Below, one piece after another: positions 28,178 to 38,537 of a stretch of DNA of 64,000 nt (positions within the stretch are counted from its first letter, which is position 1; every line of letters starts with the position of its first letter). The stretch is taken from contig DEBC01000089.1 of NCBI GenBank assembly GCA_002348365.1, positions 7,794 through 71,793 on the forward strand, read 5' to 3'. Position numbers and translations under genes: made by a program. The notes beneath the pieces were generated by a model that saw only the letters and a list, made by a program, of their open reading frames with translations, was not told the origin of the DNA and ran no database searches. This DNA comes from Alphaproteobacteria bacterium UBA2966 (GTDB lineage: Bacteria > Pseudomonadota > Alphaproteobacteria > UBA2966).

Positions 28178-30502
28178 CTAGCTGCACTTCGAATAGCCGC
28201 ACGACGTGCACGTATCGCAGTTTTCCATTCGGATGACACTCGGCTGGGCACAGCGTGGGCAGGGCCGAAACCCCGGGGTTTCCGAATCACTGCCACCCGC
28301 TGCAGCGGCGAGTTTCAGCTTTTCCACATTGGCGCCGGGTTCGGGCTGCTGGATGAATCCAATTTCGACGAGGTGCTGCTCGATCACTTCGCCGATCGCC
28401 GCGAGCAGGGACGGGATGTAGCGCCCGCCCATCCAGTGACCGCCGCGTGGGTCGAACACCGCCTTCAATTCGTCGACCACGAAGGAGACATCGCCGCCAC
28501 GTCGGAATACGGCGGAGATCATGCGTGTCAGAGCAACGGTCCATGCGTAGTGCTCGGTATTCTTTGAGTTGATGAACACCTCGAACGGTCGACGTCGTCC
28601 GTCCATGACGACGTCATTGATTGTGATGTACATGGCGTGGTCACTTTCCGGCCAGCGAACCTTGTAGGTCGCACCGGGCAAAACCTCGGGCCGGTCGAGC
28701 GGCTTGGTCATGTAGACCACGCCACCGGCTTCGTAAATGTCCTGTGGCCGCGCCTGGGGTTCCTCGAGAGGAAGTTCCACCTGAGTGTCCGTCGCCTCTT
28801 CCTGCGGGCTCGCTTGAAGCACGGCACCGGTGACGTCGTTTGGTCGGTAGGTCGTGCAGCCCTTACATCCCGATTCATAGGCTTCGATGTAAACGTTTTT
28901 GAACGAGTCGAAGGGAATACCTTCCGGGACGTTGATCGTCTTGGAGACCGCCGAATCGATATATTTCTGAACGGCTGCCTGCATACGAACGTGATCAGAT
29001 GGCGTCAGATTCTGGGCATCAACGAAGGCGTCGGTGAGCGGCGCCGTTTCACCGTACTCTTGTCGATAGAGCCGGAAGGCATAGTCGTTGACCTGTTCTT
29101 CCCGTCGGGTCCCATCGGGCATCAGGACATTGCGGGTGTATGAGAAACTGAACACCGGTTCCAGGCCCGATGAAACATTGTTGGCGACAATCGAAATTGT
29201 TCCGGTTGGCGCCACAGAAGTGAGGAGGGCGTTGCGGATTCCCTTCGCGGCGATCGCTTCGCGGACGTCTTCGTCGAGGACGGCGACGCTCTCCGACTCC
29301 AGGTAGCGGTCACGGTCGAACAAAGGAAAAGCGTCTTTTTCTTCTGCCAATTCGGTTGATGCGAGATACGCGGCACGTCGCAGTGCCGCCAACCAGGTTT
29401 CCGTCAAGGCAACGGCACGTTCCCCGCCATACCGGGCGCCACACATGATCAGTGCGTCGGCAAGTCCGGTCACACCCAGACCAATTCGGCGCTTGGCCTT
29501 CGCCTCGTGGTCTTGCTGCGGGAGGGGGAAGCGCGAGCTGTCAATCGCATTGTCGAGCATTCGCACGGCGACCGCGACGAGGTCACTCAGGTCGTCGATG
29601 TCGATCTCCGCTTCCGGGGTGAATGGGGCCTTCACCAGGGCAGCAAGGTTGATCGATCCCAGAAGGCAGGCACCATACGGCGGTAGAGGTTGTTCGCCGC
29701 AGGGATTGGTGGCGCTGATGGTTTCCGTATAGTTGAGATTGTTGGCGCGGTTGATCCGATCGATAAAAATTACGCCTGGTTCTGCAAAGGCATATGTCGC
29801 GCGCATGATCTTGTCCCAGAGCTCGCGCGCCGGCAGGCTCTTGTAGCAGGTTCCGCCGAACTCCAGCTCCCAGGGTCGATCATCCTTCACCGCGGCCATG
29901 AAATCATCAGTGACCAGGACCGATAGATTGAACATGCGCAGGCGGCCCGCATCCCGTTTGGCTTCGATGAAATCTTCAATGTCGGGGTGATCGCAGCGCA
30001 TGGTCGCCATCATGGCGCCACGCCGATGTCCGGCACTCATTATGGTGCGACACATGGCGTCCCAGACGTCCATGAAGGTGAGGGGGCCAGAAGCATCTGC
30101 ACCCACACCTTTGACCGCCGCTCCCTTCGGCCTCAGTGTCGAAAAGTCGTATCCGATGCCGCCGCCCTGCTGCATCGTCAGCGCCGCTTCCTTCAAATTT
30201 TCGAAAATCCCCGACATGTCGTCAGGAATGGTGCCCATTACAAAACAGTTGAACAGCGTGACGTCGCGCTCGGTGCCTGCGCCGGCCAGAATTCGTCCAG
30301 CAGGCAGGAACTTGAATCCCTCCAATGCCGCGTAGAACTTGTCCTGCCAGGTTTCGGGAGTAGCCTCGACTGCAGCCAGGGCGTTGGCCACGCGGCGCCA
30401 CGATTCCTCAAGGGTCTTGTCGAGAGGTGTGCCGTCAGCCGCCTTGAAGCGGTACTTCATGTCCCAGATCTGTTGCGAGATGGGTTCGATAACAGTCGTC
30501 AT
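28178..30502 (-). CDS. nrdJ: Adenosylcobalamin-dependent (class II) ribonucleotide reductase
   Basis: LFNCFV, GGGIG, TNPCGEQ, APTG, KGCTTYR, C-terminal CPRC..CTSCGYSKC. Confidence 0.92.
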   Translation of the reverse strand: MTTVIEPISQQIWDMKYRFKAADGTPLDKTLEESWRRVANALAAVEATPETWQDKFYAALEGFKFLPAGRILAGAGTERDVTLFNCFVMGTIPDDMSGIFENLKEAALTMQQGGGIGYDFSTLRPKGAAVKGVGADASGPLTFMDVWDAMCRTIMSAGHRRGAMMATMRCDHPDIEDFIEAKRDAGRLRMFNLSVLVTDDFMAAVKDDRPWELEFGGTCYKSLPARELWDKIMRATYAFAEPGVIFIDRINRANNLNYTETISATNPCGEQPLPPYGACLLGSINLAALVKAPFTPEAEIDIDDLSDLVAVAVRMLDNAIDSSRFPLPQQDHEAKAKRRIGLGVTGLADALIMCGARYGGERAVALTETWLAALRRAAYLASTELAEEKDAFPLFDRDRYLESESVAVLDEDVREAIAAKGIRNALLTSVAPTGTISIVANNVSSGLEPVFSFSYTRNVLMPDGTRREEQVNDYAFRLYRQEYGETAPLTDAFVDAQNLTPSDHVRMQAAVQKYIDSAVSKTINVPEGIPFDSFKNVYIEAYESGCKGCTTYRPNDVTGAVLQASPQEEATDTQVELPLEEPQARPQDIYEAGGVVYMTKPLDRPEVLPGATYKVRWPESDHAMYITINDVVMDGRRRPFEVFINSKNTEHYAWTVALTRMISAVFRRGGDVSFVVDELKAVFDPRGGHWMGGRYIPSLLAAIGEVIEQHLVEIGFIQQPEPGANVEKLKLAAAAGGSDSETPGFRPCPRCAQPSVIRMENCDTCTSCGYSKCS

Positions 30503-30776
30503 CGGGCTTCCCTGAACCTCAGGCCGCGGGTTTGTGCCGACACAAGAGTTTTGCGACCCACACCGGCGCCGTGCGAACAGAGTGGAATGGCACAAACCGA
30601 AAAGATAAATGGCTTGGACGGACGCATCACTGAATGGTCCGATTACCTTAGAAGTGTAGTACCGCGTGGTGCGCTGGTCAAACTTTTGTTCATGTTATGT
30701 TTCCACATCCATTTTGATGCTTAACATATTGATTTAATTCAATATAATATGTTTTCCCGACAATTTAAGTGCCCAT

Positions 30777-30826
30777 ATATCCACAAGGGTACAGAAGTAC
30801 ACAATCTATCCGCAGATTTATCAACA
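30777..30826 (+). promoter_or_regulatory. Three DnaA-box-like 9-mers upstream of nrdJ
   Basis: ATATCCACA 30777, CTATCCGCA 30806, TTATCAACA 30818 (1-2 mismatches to TTATCCACA), next to an AT-rich tract. Confidence 0.45.
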
Positions 30827-30922
30827 GGTTCCAGGTTCGGCTGTTCGAGACATTTCGATCGGTCGTGGATCCGTAAAGACGTTGGATTGGAATTACGGTC
30901 CGCGATCGCTCCGTGTTCTGGA

Positions 30923-31639
30923 CTAATGATGGGCCTCGCTCTCCAAAGCGTCCGTCGCTGTTTCGATTCTGGATTCCAGTTCGTTCAGGAAGGGTTCACG
31001 CTCCAGGCCCGGTTCGATTGGCGGGAGAAACTCAACGATAATCGTGCCGGGCTTGCGCGTCAGCGACCGCCGCGGCCAGAACAGTCCGGAATTGAGTGCG
31101 ACGGGCACGACAGGCAGGTTCAGCCCGCGGTAGAGCGCGACGACACCGGGCTGGTAAGGCTCTCGGGTTCCAGGTGCCGTTCGTGTCCCCTGGGGGAAGA
31201 TTATAATGGGTTGGTTTTGGTGGACTGCCCGTTTTGCGGATCGAATCATCGCCTTCAAGGCGCTTGCACCTCCACCTCTATTGATCGGGATCATGCCCGC
31301 CTTAAGCGAATACCAGCCGTAGAAGGGTAACCACAGCAATTCGCTCTTCATGACCACTGCCGGATCGTCAACTATCACGTGCCAAATCAGGGTGTCCCAG
31401 GCCGACTGATGTTTAGATGCAATGATCGCACATCCACGATCGAGGTGCTCGCGTCCCCGTACTTCAAGCTTGATACCCGCAATCGAGTGTATCAGCCATA
31501 GCACGCCATTGGCCCAGAAGGTTTGACAACGCACCGTGACCTTCCGGTCGAGCATGAGTACCGGTAGACATATGACGAGCATGAACGTCGTCCAGGCATA
31601 GAACGTGGCGTTGAATAGCGACGAGCGGACAGCGATCAC
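30923..31639 (-). CDS. plsC: 1-acyl-sn-glycerol-3-phosphate acyltransferase
   Basis: KHQSAWD, FPQGTR; GTG start overlapping the ydcF stop. Confidence 0.88.
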   Translation of the reverse strand: MIAVRSSLFNATFYAWTTFMLVICLPVLMLDRKVTVRCQTFWANGVLWLIHSIAGIKLEVRGREHLDRGCAIIASKHQSAWDTLIWHVIVDDPAVVMKSELLWLPFYGWYSLKAGMIPINRGGGASALKAMIRSAKRAVHQNQPIIIFPQGTRTAPGTREPYQPGVVALYRGLNLPVVPVALNSGLFWPRRSLTRKPGTIIVEFLPPIEPGLEREPFLNELESRIETATDALESEAHH

Positions 31640-32268
31640 GCGTCCGTGCTCGACCGATCTCTGGAACTGCCCAAGAATGTCATCCAGGCTAGGCTCAGAA
31701 GGTATTTGCTGTACTCCGTGGCGATCAGACTTGTCGTACCCGGCCACCGCCACCATTGGGACAGTTTAACGTGTGCAGGAAATACTGGATGCTCGATCAG
31801 CAGTACACCGGGCATGACACGACGAAATTCCAGAAGGCTGCGAGGCATGTGATATGCGGCCGTCACAACGCGCAGGGACCGGTATCCCTCTTCGGTCGCC
31901 CAGCGCGAGGTTTCGGATGCATTCCCTGCGGTGTTCTCGGCTGCTTTGCCGAGAACCACACAGCATTCGAACATCTCCGGTTCGCGCTTCAGCAAACGCT
32001 GCAACTGGGTGACGGAGGTTAACTGGTGGACGCCGGAGACGAATAGCTTCTTGGCTTTGCCGGCAGCCAGGATGTCGAGACCCGAGGCCAGTCGGTCACT
32101 TCCCCCTGTCAGGACAACAACACCATCGGTAACACTGGTTGGATCCTCAACATCGTGAGGGAGGCCGGTCGCGAACCACATGAAACCGCCCAGCCAGATC
32201 AGGGCGGCAACCACCATGAGAACGGTTGTGGCACGCAGGATCGAGCGACGTCGTTCCCGGGATCTCAT
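31636..32268 (-). CDS. YdcF/DUF218 family protein
   Basis: VVLTGG, AENTAGNA, VTAAYHMPR, EYSK. Confidence 0.85.
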   Translation of the reverse strand: MRSRERRRSILRATTVLMVVAALIWLGGFMWFATGLPHDVEDPTSVTDGVVVLTGGSDRLASGLDILAAGKAKKLFVSGVHQLTSVTQLQRLLKREPEMFECCVVLGKAAENTAGNASETSRWATEEGYRSLRVVTAAYHMPRSLLEFRRVMPGVLLIEHPVFPAHVKLSQWWRWPGTTSLIATEYSKYLLSLAWMTFLGSSRDRSSTDA

Positions 32269-32810
32269 GGATCGTTCCCTAACAGCATGTCCACGGCGCC
32301 TCGTAGATTCTCGTAAACCGCGACGGGCAGGATATCCGGGGCCAGACCATCCGCTTGAGTGGCAGCGCCGTTTCCGGTTCTTACCAGGATGCGCCGGCAT
32401 CCGGCTGATGCAGCAGCCTGGAGGTCACGCAGCGAATCACCAATCATTGGAGTTTCGTCTGCGACACTACGGAACTGCGACATGGCTTCGCGCAGCATCC
32501 CTGCACCAGGCTTGCGCCGATCCGTGGCTGCCCACGGAGGATCGGTGCAGGCGTAGATTTCGTCGAGGTGCCCACCTTCTTTTGCGAGTTCGGTGCGCAA
32601 TGCGTCGTGAATGCGGTCGAGCATGTCCTGCGGGATTATGCCGCGCCCGACGACGGACTGATTGGTGATGAGGACGACCCGATGTCCGGCGCCATTCAGG
32701 TCAGCAACCGCCTTGGCTGAACCCTCAATCATAACCAGTTCGCCCGGATTCTTGACGAAATCTCCACGTTCTTCGTTGAGAACGCCGTCGCGATCGAGCA
32801 GCACGAGCAT
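32265..32810 (-). CDS. gmhB: D,D-heptose 1,7-bisphosphate phosphatase-like HAD enzyme
   Basis: LDRDGVLN, ITNQS, RKPGAGM, IGDSLRD. Confidence 0.8.
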   Translation of the reverse strand: MLVLLDRDGVLNEERGDFVKNPGELVMIEGSAKAVADLNGAGHRVVLITNQSVVGRGIIPQDMLDRIHDALRTELAKEGGHLDEIYACTDPPWAATDRRKPGAGMLREAMSQFRSVADETPMIGDSLRDLQAAASAGCRRILVRTGNGAATQADGLAPDILPVAVYENLRGAVDMLLGNDP

Positions 32811-32834
32811 TGTCTTCTCCGCGAAGATTCCGTT

Positions 32835-33722
32835 TTACAGCATGCGCGAGAGATAGCGCATTACGGTAAAGCGAGCCGTGATTGACGCGATAACGGCGCC
32901 CGCCAGTGGCAACATGGCGAGACCGGCAACGAAAGGCGGGCTCCACCGAACTGCCGGTAACAGTGAGCCTTCGAGATCGCGGGCCAGGAGCCAAAGTCCC
33001 AGAACCGTGACGCCAGCGAGAAACAGCCCGAGCAGTCCACCCCATAAAGCAAGGGACACCGCTTTGCCCTGAAATTGTCGAGCGATGTACGTATCCCGGG
33101 CGCCAATGAGGTGGAGAATCTCGATCACGTCGCGCTGCACAGCGAGCCCTGTTCGTGTGGCAAACATCACGGTGGCTCCGGCCGCCACTGCAATCAGTAG
33201 CACCACGAAAATGGCAATCAGTTCGGAAGTTCGTGCGAGACGCAGAACTTTTTGCAGCCAGATTTTATGATCATCGATCTGGGTACCTGGCACGGCGGTC
33301 TCTAACTGGCGGGTCAAAGCTGCCAAATCGATGGCGCTGTTCGGCTCGAGCGTCACGTCAATGAGGCGTGGGATGGGCAAATCCAGAGAAAGCAAGTCTT
33401 TGCCCAACCAGGGCTCGATCAGGTGCGCAACTTCGTCCGGCGCCAGGGGTGTCGCTGACAATACGCCAGGCGTCGTGAGAATGACGCTCAGTGCAGCTTC
33501 GATTCGTGCGTCGGTCTCCGCATCGCCGCCGTCGACAGAAGGGTCGACGACAATGGTGATAGACCCCTTGAGACCTGTACTCCAGCGATCGATGACTTGC
33601 TCCAGGACCATGGTGGCGGATAGAGCCAATCCGGCGAGGTAGACCATGAGGCCGATGATCCAGGGAAGGAATCGGCTGGTGCCATCCCGATTGGGAGCGA
33701 GATCGACGCGTCGGGCGAACAT
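32835..33722 (-). CDS. ftsX: Cell division ABC permease FtsX
   Basis: 4 TM, IEILHLIGARD; downstream of ftsE. Confidence 0.88.
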   Translation of the reverse strand: MFARRVDLAPNRDGTSRFLPWIIGLMVYLAGLALSATMVLEQVIDRWSTGLKGSITIVVDPSVDGGDAETDARIEAALSVILTTPGVLSATPLAPDEVAHLIEPWLGKDLLSLDLPIPRLIDVTLEPNSAIDLAALTRQLETAVPGTQIDDHKIWLQKVLRLARTSELIAIFVVLLIAVAAGATVMFATRTGLAVQRDVIEILHLIGARDTYIARQFQGKAVSLALWGGLLGLFLAGVTVLGLWLLARDLEGSLLPAVRWSPPFVAGLAMLPLAGAVIASITARFTVMRYLSRML

Positions 33723-34439
33723 CTACTTCTTGCCTTTCGTGACATCCCAGCGAACCGAAAGGGTCCCCTTTTCAATGCGGAGTACGGGATGCTGATAGCG
33801 CTCGATGATGCTGCGGTCATGCGTCGCCAGAACGACGGTCGTACCGATCTTGTTGAGTTCCTCGAACAACCGGAGAATGCGGCTGCCCTGTTCCTGATCG
33901 ACGCTGCCGGTCGGTTCATCGGCAAGTAGCAGGCTGGGCCGGTTGATGACTGCACGTGCGATGGCCACCCGTTGCTTCTCTCCGTCGGAAAGTGTGCGGG
34001 GATGTGCGTCGAGGTGCTCGCCCAACCCGACCCAGGTCAGGAGCTCCGCGACGTGTTCCTGAATCGTCTCTCTGCGGGCCCCGGCGATTCGTAGCGGCAG
34101 CGCCACATTGTCCAGGGTCGAAAGGTGGTCAAGAAGCTGGAAGTTCTGGAAAACGACGCCGATCCGGCGGCGCAGATTTGGCAGCTCCTCGCGAGGAGTT
34201 GTTGCCACGTCATGATTGAAAATCGACACGCTGCCGTGCGACGGCTGGTGTGCCAGGTACATCAAGCGCAGCAGGGAGGACTTTCCAGCGCCGCTCGGCC
34301 CCGTCAAAAAATGATAGGAACCGGGTTCCAGATGAAAGGTGATGTCGCGCAACACTTCGGGTTCATCCCCGTAGCGCATACCGACATTCTCGAAACGGAC
34401 CAAATGGTTCGCTCCCTCAAATTCGAACATATCCGGCAA
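33723..34439 (-). CDS. ftsE: Cell division ATP-binding protein FtsE
   Basis: GPSGAGKS, LRRRIGVVFQ, LLADEPTG; start uncertain. Confidence 0.9.
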   Translation of the reverse strand: MPDMFEFEGANHLVRFENVGMRYGDEPEVLRDITFHLEPGSYHFLTGPSGAGKSSLLRLMYLAHQPSHGSVSIFNHDVATTPREELPNLRRRIGVVFQNFQLLDHLSTLDNVALPLRIAGARRETIQEHVAELLTWVGLGEHLDAHPRTLSDGEKQRVAIARAVINRPSLLLADEPTGSVDQEQGSRILRLFEELNKIGTTVVLATHDRSIIERYQHPVLRIEKGTLSVRWDVTKGKK

Positions 34440-34559
34440 TCAGCCAGAAAGTTAAGGATTCCATAGGGCTAACTCGGCGTCCAGTCGTGTCCGGGCAGCC
34501 TTGCTTGGTAATTCGCAAACGCATATAACGTAACTATTCCGGGGCTGCGGGATTGTGGA

Positions 34560-35360
34560 ATGATACTCACCTGCCCCTCGTGTGAGGCGCGCTTTAACAT
34601 TAAACCCGAGGCCTTGCTGCCGAACGGTCGGTCCGTTCGCTGTAGCAAGTGCGCGCACACATGGAAAGAACTCCCCCCTCAGGACATGCCCAAGCGCGTG
34701 GTCGAGGAAGAGCCGGAACCCGTCATCCCGATTCCTGATAACTTCGACAGCGATCCTGACTACGAGGACGTGCGCGAAGAGACCGTCTCGGATGAAGCGG
34801 AAGAAATCGAAGTCCCGAGCATCGAGAGCATCGAAGCGGACGCACCGAGCGAAGATGACTTCGAACTGCCCGCCTTTGCCCCGCGAACGCGTACCCGGCG
34901 CCAACAGCGCCAGGCCAAGAGCCGTGGCCCGATCTTCATGTGGGTGGGGATCGTGGCGGTGTTCGGCATTATATTTGGTGGCGGCTTTTTCGGTCGGGCC
35001 GCCATCATCGACGTCTGGCCGCCGGCGTCCATGCTTTACGGCATGGTGGGACTCGGACAGGAGCCTGGATACGGCCTCGAACTACGCAATGTTTCTCCTG
35101 CGCAGGAACGCGAGGGAGATACCGTGGTTCTGGTCATTAGCGGCGAAATCACCAACACGACGTCTCGCCCGCGGCCGGTACCCAAGCTCCAGGGCAAACT
35201 ACTGGACGCAAGTGAAAACGAAATCCACAGCTGGACTTTCTCAATGGCCGTGGACCAGCTTGCACCGGGCGAGTCGGGCTCATTCAACACGCGGGTACCG
35301 AACCCGCCCGAAGGGGCAAGTGGATTGGCAGTGACGTTCGTCGAAGGTCAGGAAGGCTGA
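34560..35360 (+). CDS. MJ0042-type zinc-ribbon / DUF3426 membrane protein
   Basis: CPSC..VRCSKC..W, acidic linker, TM; divergent from ftsE. Confidence 0.82.
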   Translation: MILTCPSCEARFNIKPEALLPNGRSVRCSKCAHTWKELPPQDMPKRVVEEEPEPVIPIPDNFDSDPDYEDVREETVSDEAEEIEVPSIESIEADAPSEDDFELPAFAPRTRTRRQQRQAKSRGPIFMWVGIVAVFGIIFGGGFFGRAAIIDVWPPASMLYGMVGLGQEPGYGLELRNVSPAQEREGDTVVLVISGEITNTTSRPRPVPKLQGKLLDASENEIHSWTFSMAVDQLAPGESGSFNTRVPNPPEGASGLAVTFVEGQEG

Positions 35361-35413
35361 ATCGCCTCCATGAGACTTTCATCTCGGGCGTTTCGCCTCA
35401 GGACACATTCCCA

Positions 35414-35977
35414 GTGACGACAGAATCTGGATCGGCGGTGCCCTACGGGGACGTGCGCACCCTTTTCTCTGAGGCGGAGATCTCGACGCGAGTTGATGAG
35501 ATTGCGCGGGACATCAGCGCCCAGAGCACCGCGGATATTCTCGTGGTCGCTATTCTCAAAGGTAGCTTCGTTTTCACAGCAGATCTGATTCGCGCCCTCC
35601 ACCGCGCGGGCGTTCGGCCCCAGATCGATTTCATGCAGTTGGCGAGTTATGGGACCGGCACTGAAAGCCAGGGGCAAGTGGAGATCATTCGCGATCTCAC
35701 CGACCCGGTAGAGGGACGTGATGTCCTGATCGTCGACGATATTCTGGATTCCGGTCGCACGCTCGCTTTCGCGCGTGAGCAATTGCTGTATGGCGGCGCC
35801 CGCCGTGTGCAACTCTGTGTATTGCTCAACAAGCAGGCTCGAAGGGTCCAGGAGGTTGAAGCGGATTTCGTCGGTTTCGAGTGTCCGGATGAATTCGTCG
35901 TGGGCTACGGCCTCGATCATGCCCATTTTTATCGCGAGCTTCCCTACATCGGCGTCCTCGACAATCCCACGCCGTAG
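35414..35977 (+). CDS. hpt: Hypoxanthine phosphoribosyltransferase
   Basis: ILKGS, VDDILDSGRT, FVVGYGLD. Confidence 0.92.
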   Translation: MTTESGSAVPYGDVRTLFSEAEISTRVDEIARDISAQSTADILVVAILKGSFVFTADLIRALHRAGVRPQIDFMQLASYGTGTESQGQVEIIRDLTDPVEGRDVLIVDDILDSGRTLAFAREQLLYGGARRVQLCVLLNKQARRVQEVEADFVGFECPDEFVVGYGLDHAHFYRELPYIGVLDNPTP

Positions 35978-36062
35978 TCATCCGCAGATTATTGCTCTGC
36001 TGTCTTGATCCGTTCCACGCGCCAAGATCGTGGCGCGCGGCGTGATGAACATGGGAAACAGC

Positions 36063-38537
36063 TCAGAAGCGGCGCAGCAAGCGATCAATATATTCGAGTT
36101 CGGGCTGCGGACGGGTGCGCTGACTGGCCCGCCGGTGCAACTCGTCCAGGATCTCCTTCGCTTTCTGCAGTGATGCCTTGTCGGGCACCTTGACATCGTC
36201 ACCGGTGTCGATGCCGGCGCCCTGCATGGGCCGTCCCAGGGGATCGACGTCATCGTCGCCTGTGCCCGGACCTTCCTCCATGCCGATATCGCTCAGCATC
36301 TGCTGCATGATGGCGCCCGCACCCGCGCGCAAGTGTTCCAGGGCATTCGTCTGTGGGCCAATCGCCTGATCGTTGCGATTGCGCGACAATGCCTCGCGTG
36401 CGTCCCGCATCGAAAGCTCACCTTCGCCGAGCGCCTCGGGAATGTCGCCGGAATTCTCACCCAGGCGCCGCATGATTTCGCCGAGCATGCGGCGCAACGC
36501 CTCTTGCATGCCGGCATCCGCCGTTGCGTCGGGTGGTTGCTGCCCTTGTTGTCCGCGTTGGCCCTGGTGCCCCTGCTGGCCTTGTTGGGCACGCCGGAAG
36601 CTGCGATCCAGGAGCTGCTGCTGACGTATCATCAACTCACCGAGATCGCGCAGATTCCGTTGTCCGCGACGCTGGGCCTCCCGCTGCTGAGAAGACATCA
36701 CTCCGGCACGGAGGTTCTCCAGAATACTTCGCAGCTGCGACAACAGTTCCCGGGCCGCATCCTTTGAACCCATGCGGCTCAGCTCTCGGGCTCGGTCGAG
36801 CAGACGCTGAAGGTCGTCGCGACTCAGGGCGAGGATGTCGTTCTCGATGGCCTGTAGGCCTGCTGTATCCTCCGCGGTCTGCATTGCCTGCTCGGCCAGG
36901 GCCTGCAGGAAACGATCGAGCGCCTCCTGCAGCTCGTTCATGAGCCGTTCGATCTCGTGTGGGGGCGCGTTGCGGGCCAGCGCTTCCAACAGCGCCTGCT
37001 CCAACATGCGGACCTCGCGTTCAGCGATGGAAAGCGCTCCGTCTTCGATGCGCAAGGCTGTGTCCCACAACATCTGGCGAACATCGTCCATCACGGCGTC
37101 TTCACCGCTTCGCTCCAGACGCCGCCGCGCCGAATTCATGGTCAGGAATGACGTGTAGTCGTCGTAATACTCTTCGGGTAACGCCGCGATGGCACCGATG
37201 GCGCGGGCGATGTCCTCGCGAGCTTCGGGCTCAACCGCAAGCCTCTTGCGCTGTTCGATGATGGCGCGGGCCACAGGGTGACTGAAATCGCGTTGTGGCA
37301 ACGTGATTTCAAACTCCTCACTGAACCCTCGTTGATTGATTTGATCTTCCGCGCGAAGACGCACCCGGGCCGGCAAGCCCGCCCAGGCATGCGGCGTCAA
37401 ATCCTGGAAGACCGTATCGTTCGCGGTCTTCACATTGGGTCCGGCAAGGATCATTTCTATTTCATACAACTCATCGGTCTCGGACAGACGGATTTCCAGG
37501 TGCACATCGGCGAGCCCGTAATCATCTCCGGCGCTATAGTCGATGCGTAGCGCCGAGCGCTGAGTTTCCACGGGGATTTCATTGAATGCGATCGTCGGTG
37601 GCCGGTCGGGAACGATGTCTAGCTTCCACACGCCGAGGGGCTCGTCCATCTGCTGGATTACGAGGCGGCGCGCGGTCTCGATATTGGTTCGAAGCTCGAA
37701 CACATCACCGTCGACCAATGCGAAAGGAACGGACCGCCCGTCGAGATGCACTGTTGGCAATCCTTTGCCACCGTTCACCTTCGCGAGGAGTTCGCTGCCC
37801 GCCGGCACCTGAATGGTTTCGATGATTTGCGATACTTGCATGGTCTCATCGGAGTCGGCCTCGGACAGTGTCAATGTTTCCCGCTGTTTGAGCAGGATGG
37901 GCGGCAACTGCGTGTAGGCCGGTGGTGCGATCCAGGCTTCGACGATCGCGGGTGCCACGCGTTCGCCGGCGAAGCTTGGAGCTACGCCCGATACGATGCG
38001 GTCCCAGGACTCACCGCCCGCCACCGAAAATCCGATGAAGAGAAGCAACCCGACCGCCGCCCGAATCGCTCGCGTATCGAACCGCGCGAGGCCGGGACTG
38101 GGGAGACCAATTCTCAATCGGCGAATACTGGCAAGTGCTCGGCGGCGGTGGAGTCGCCACAATTCCCGTGTCCCCTCGTCGGTTCCGGCTGTTGCGAGGG
38201 AATCGTTCAGGGTCGTGAGCGGACGATGCAGGAGCCCACTATGCCTTTCGAGGCGACGGCGCGCGTCTTCCTGATCTGGTGGCAAGAGCCTGGAGAGGCC
38301 ATGCCAGAGAGCGACACCAAAGGCGGCAACGAAAATCAGGAGCCCCGTGACGTGGATCCAACCGGACAGGACAGTCCAGGTGTCGAGGAGTGACAGCGCA
38401 ATGAACAATCCGCAAACGCCCGTCGCAGGCCAGAGAGCTGGCCAGAGGCGTTCCCAGAAGAGTGCGACGCGCGCGACAACCAGTTTGCGGCCCAGTGCCT
38501 TGACAATCGTCGATGCGCGAATCTCACGAGATTTCAT
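36063..38537 (-). CDS. TIGR02302/DUF4175 family protein
   Basis: WERLWP, PPAYT, ALRIEDG, DPLGR, EYIDRLL; downstream of lysA. Confidence 0.85.
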   Translation of the reverse strand: MKSREIRASTIVKALGRKLVVARVALFWERLWPALWPATGVCGLFIALSLLDTWTVLSGWIHVTGLLIFVAAFGVALWHGLSRLLPPDQEDARRRLERHSGLLHRPLTTLNDSLATAGTDEGTRELWRLHRRRALASIRRLRIGLPSPGLARFDTRAIRAAVGLLLFIGFSVAGGESWDRIVSGVAPSFAGERVAPAIVEAWIAPPAYTQLPPILLKQRETLTLSEADSDETMQVSQIIETIQVPAGSELLAKVNGGKGLPTVHLDGRSVPFALVDGDVFELRTNIETARRLVIQQMDEPLGVWKLDIVPDRPPTIAFNEIPVETQRSALRIDYSAGDDYGLADVHLEIRLSETDELYEIEMILAGPNVKTANDTVFQDLTPHAWAGLPARVRLRAEDQINQRGFSEEFEITLPQRDFSHPVARAIIEQRKRLAVEPEAREDIARAIGAIAALPEEYYDDYTSFLTMNSARRRLERSGEDAVMDDVRQMLWDTALRIEDGALSIAEREVRMLEQALLEALARNAPPHEIERLMNELQEALDRFLQALAEQAMQTAEDTAGLQAIENDILALSRDDLQRLLDRARELSRMGSKDAARELLSQLRSILENLRAGVMSSQQREAQRRGQRNLRDLGELMIRQQQLLDRSFRRAQQGQQGHQGQRGQQGQQPPDATADAGMQEALRRMLGEIMRRLGENSGDIPEALGEGELSMRDAREALSRNRNDQAIGPQTNALEHLRAGAGAIMQQMLSDIGMEEGPGTGDDDVDPLGRPMQGAGIDTGDDVKVPDKASLQKAKEILDELHRRASQRTRPQPELEYIDRLLRRF

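Noticed and set aside
30600..30720. NrdR boxes or a cobalamin riboswitch upstream of nrdJ
   Set aside because: Only weak partial matches; no B12-box was recognised.
34448..34468. CtrA site upstream of ftsE
   Set aside because: Only one TTAAC half-site; the partner half is degenerate.
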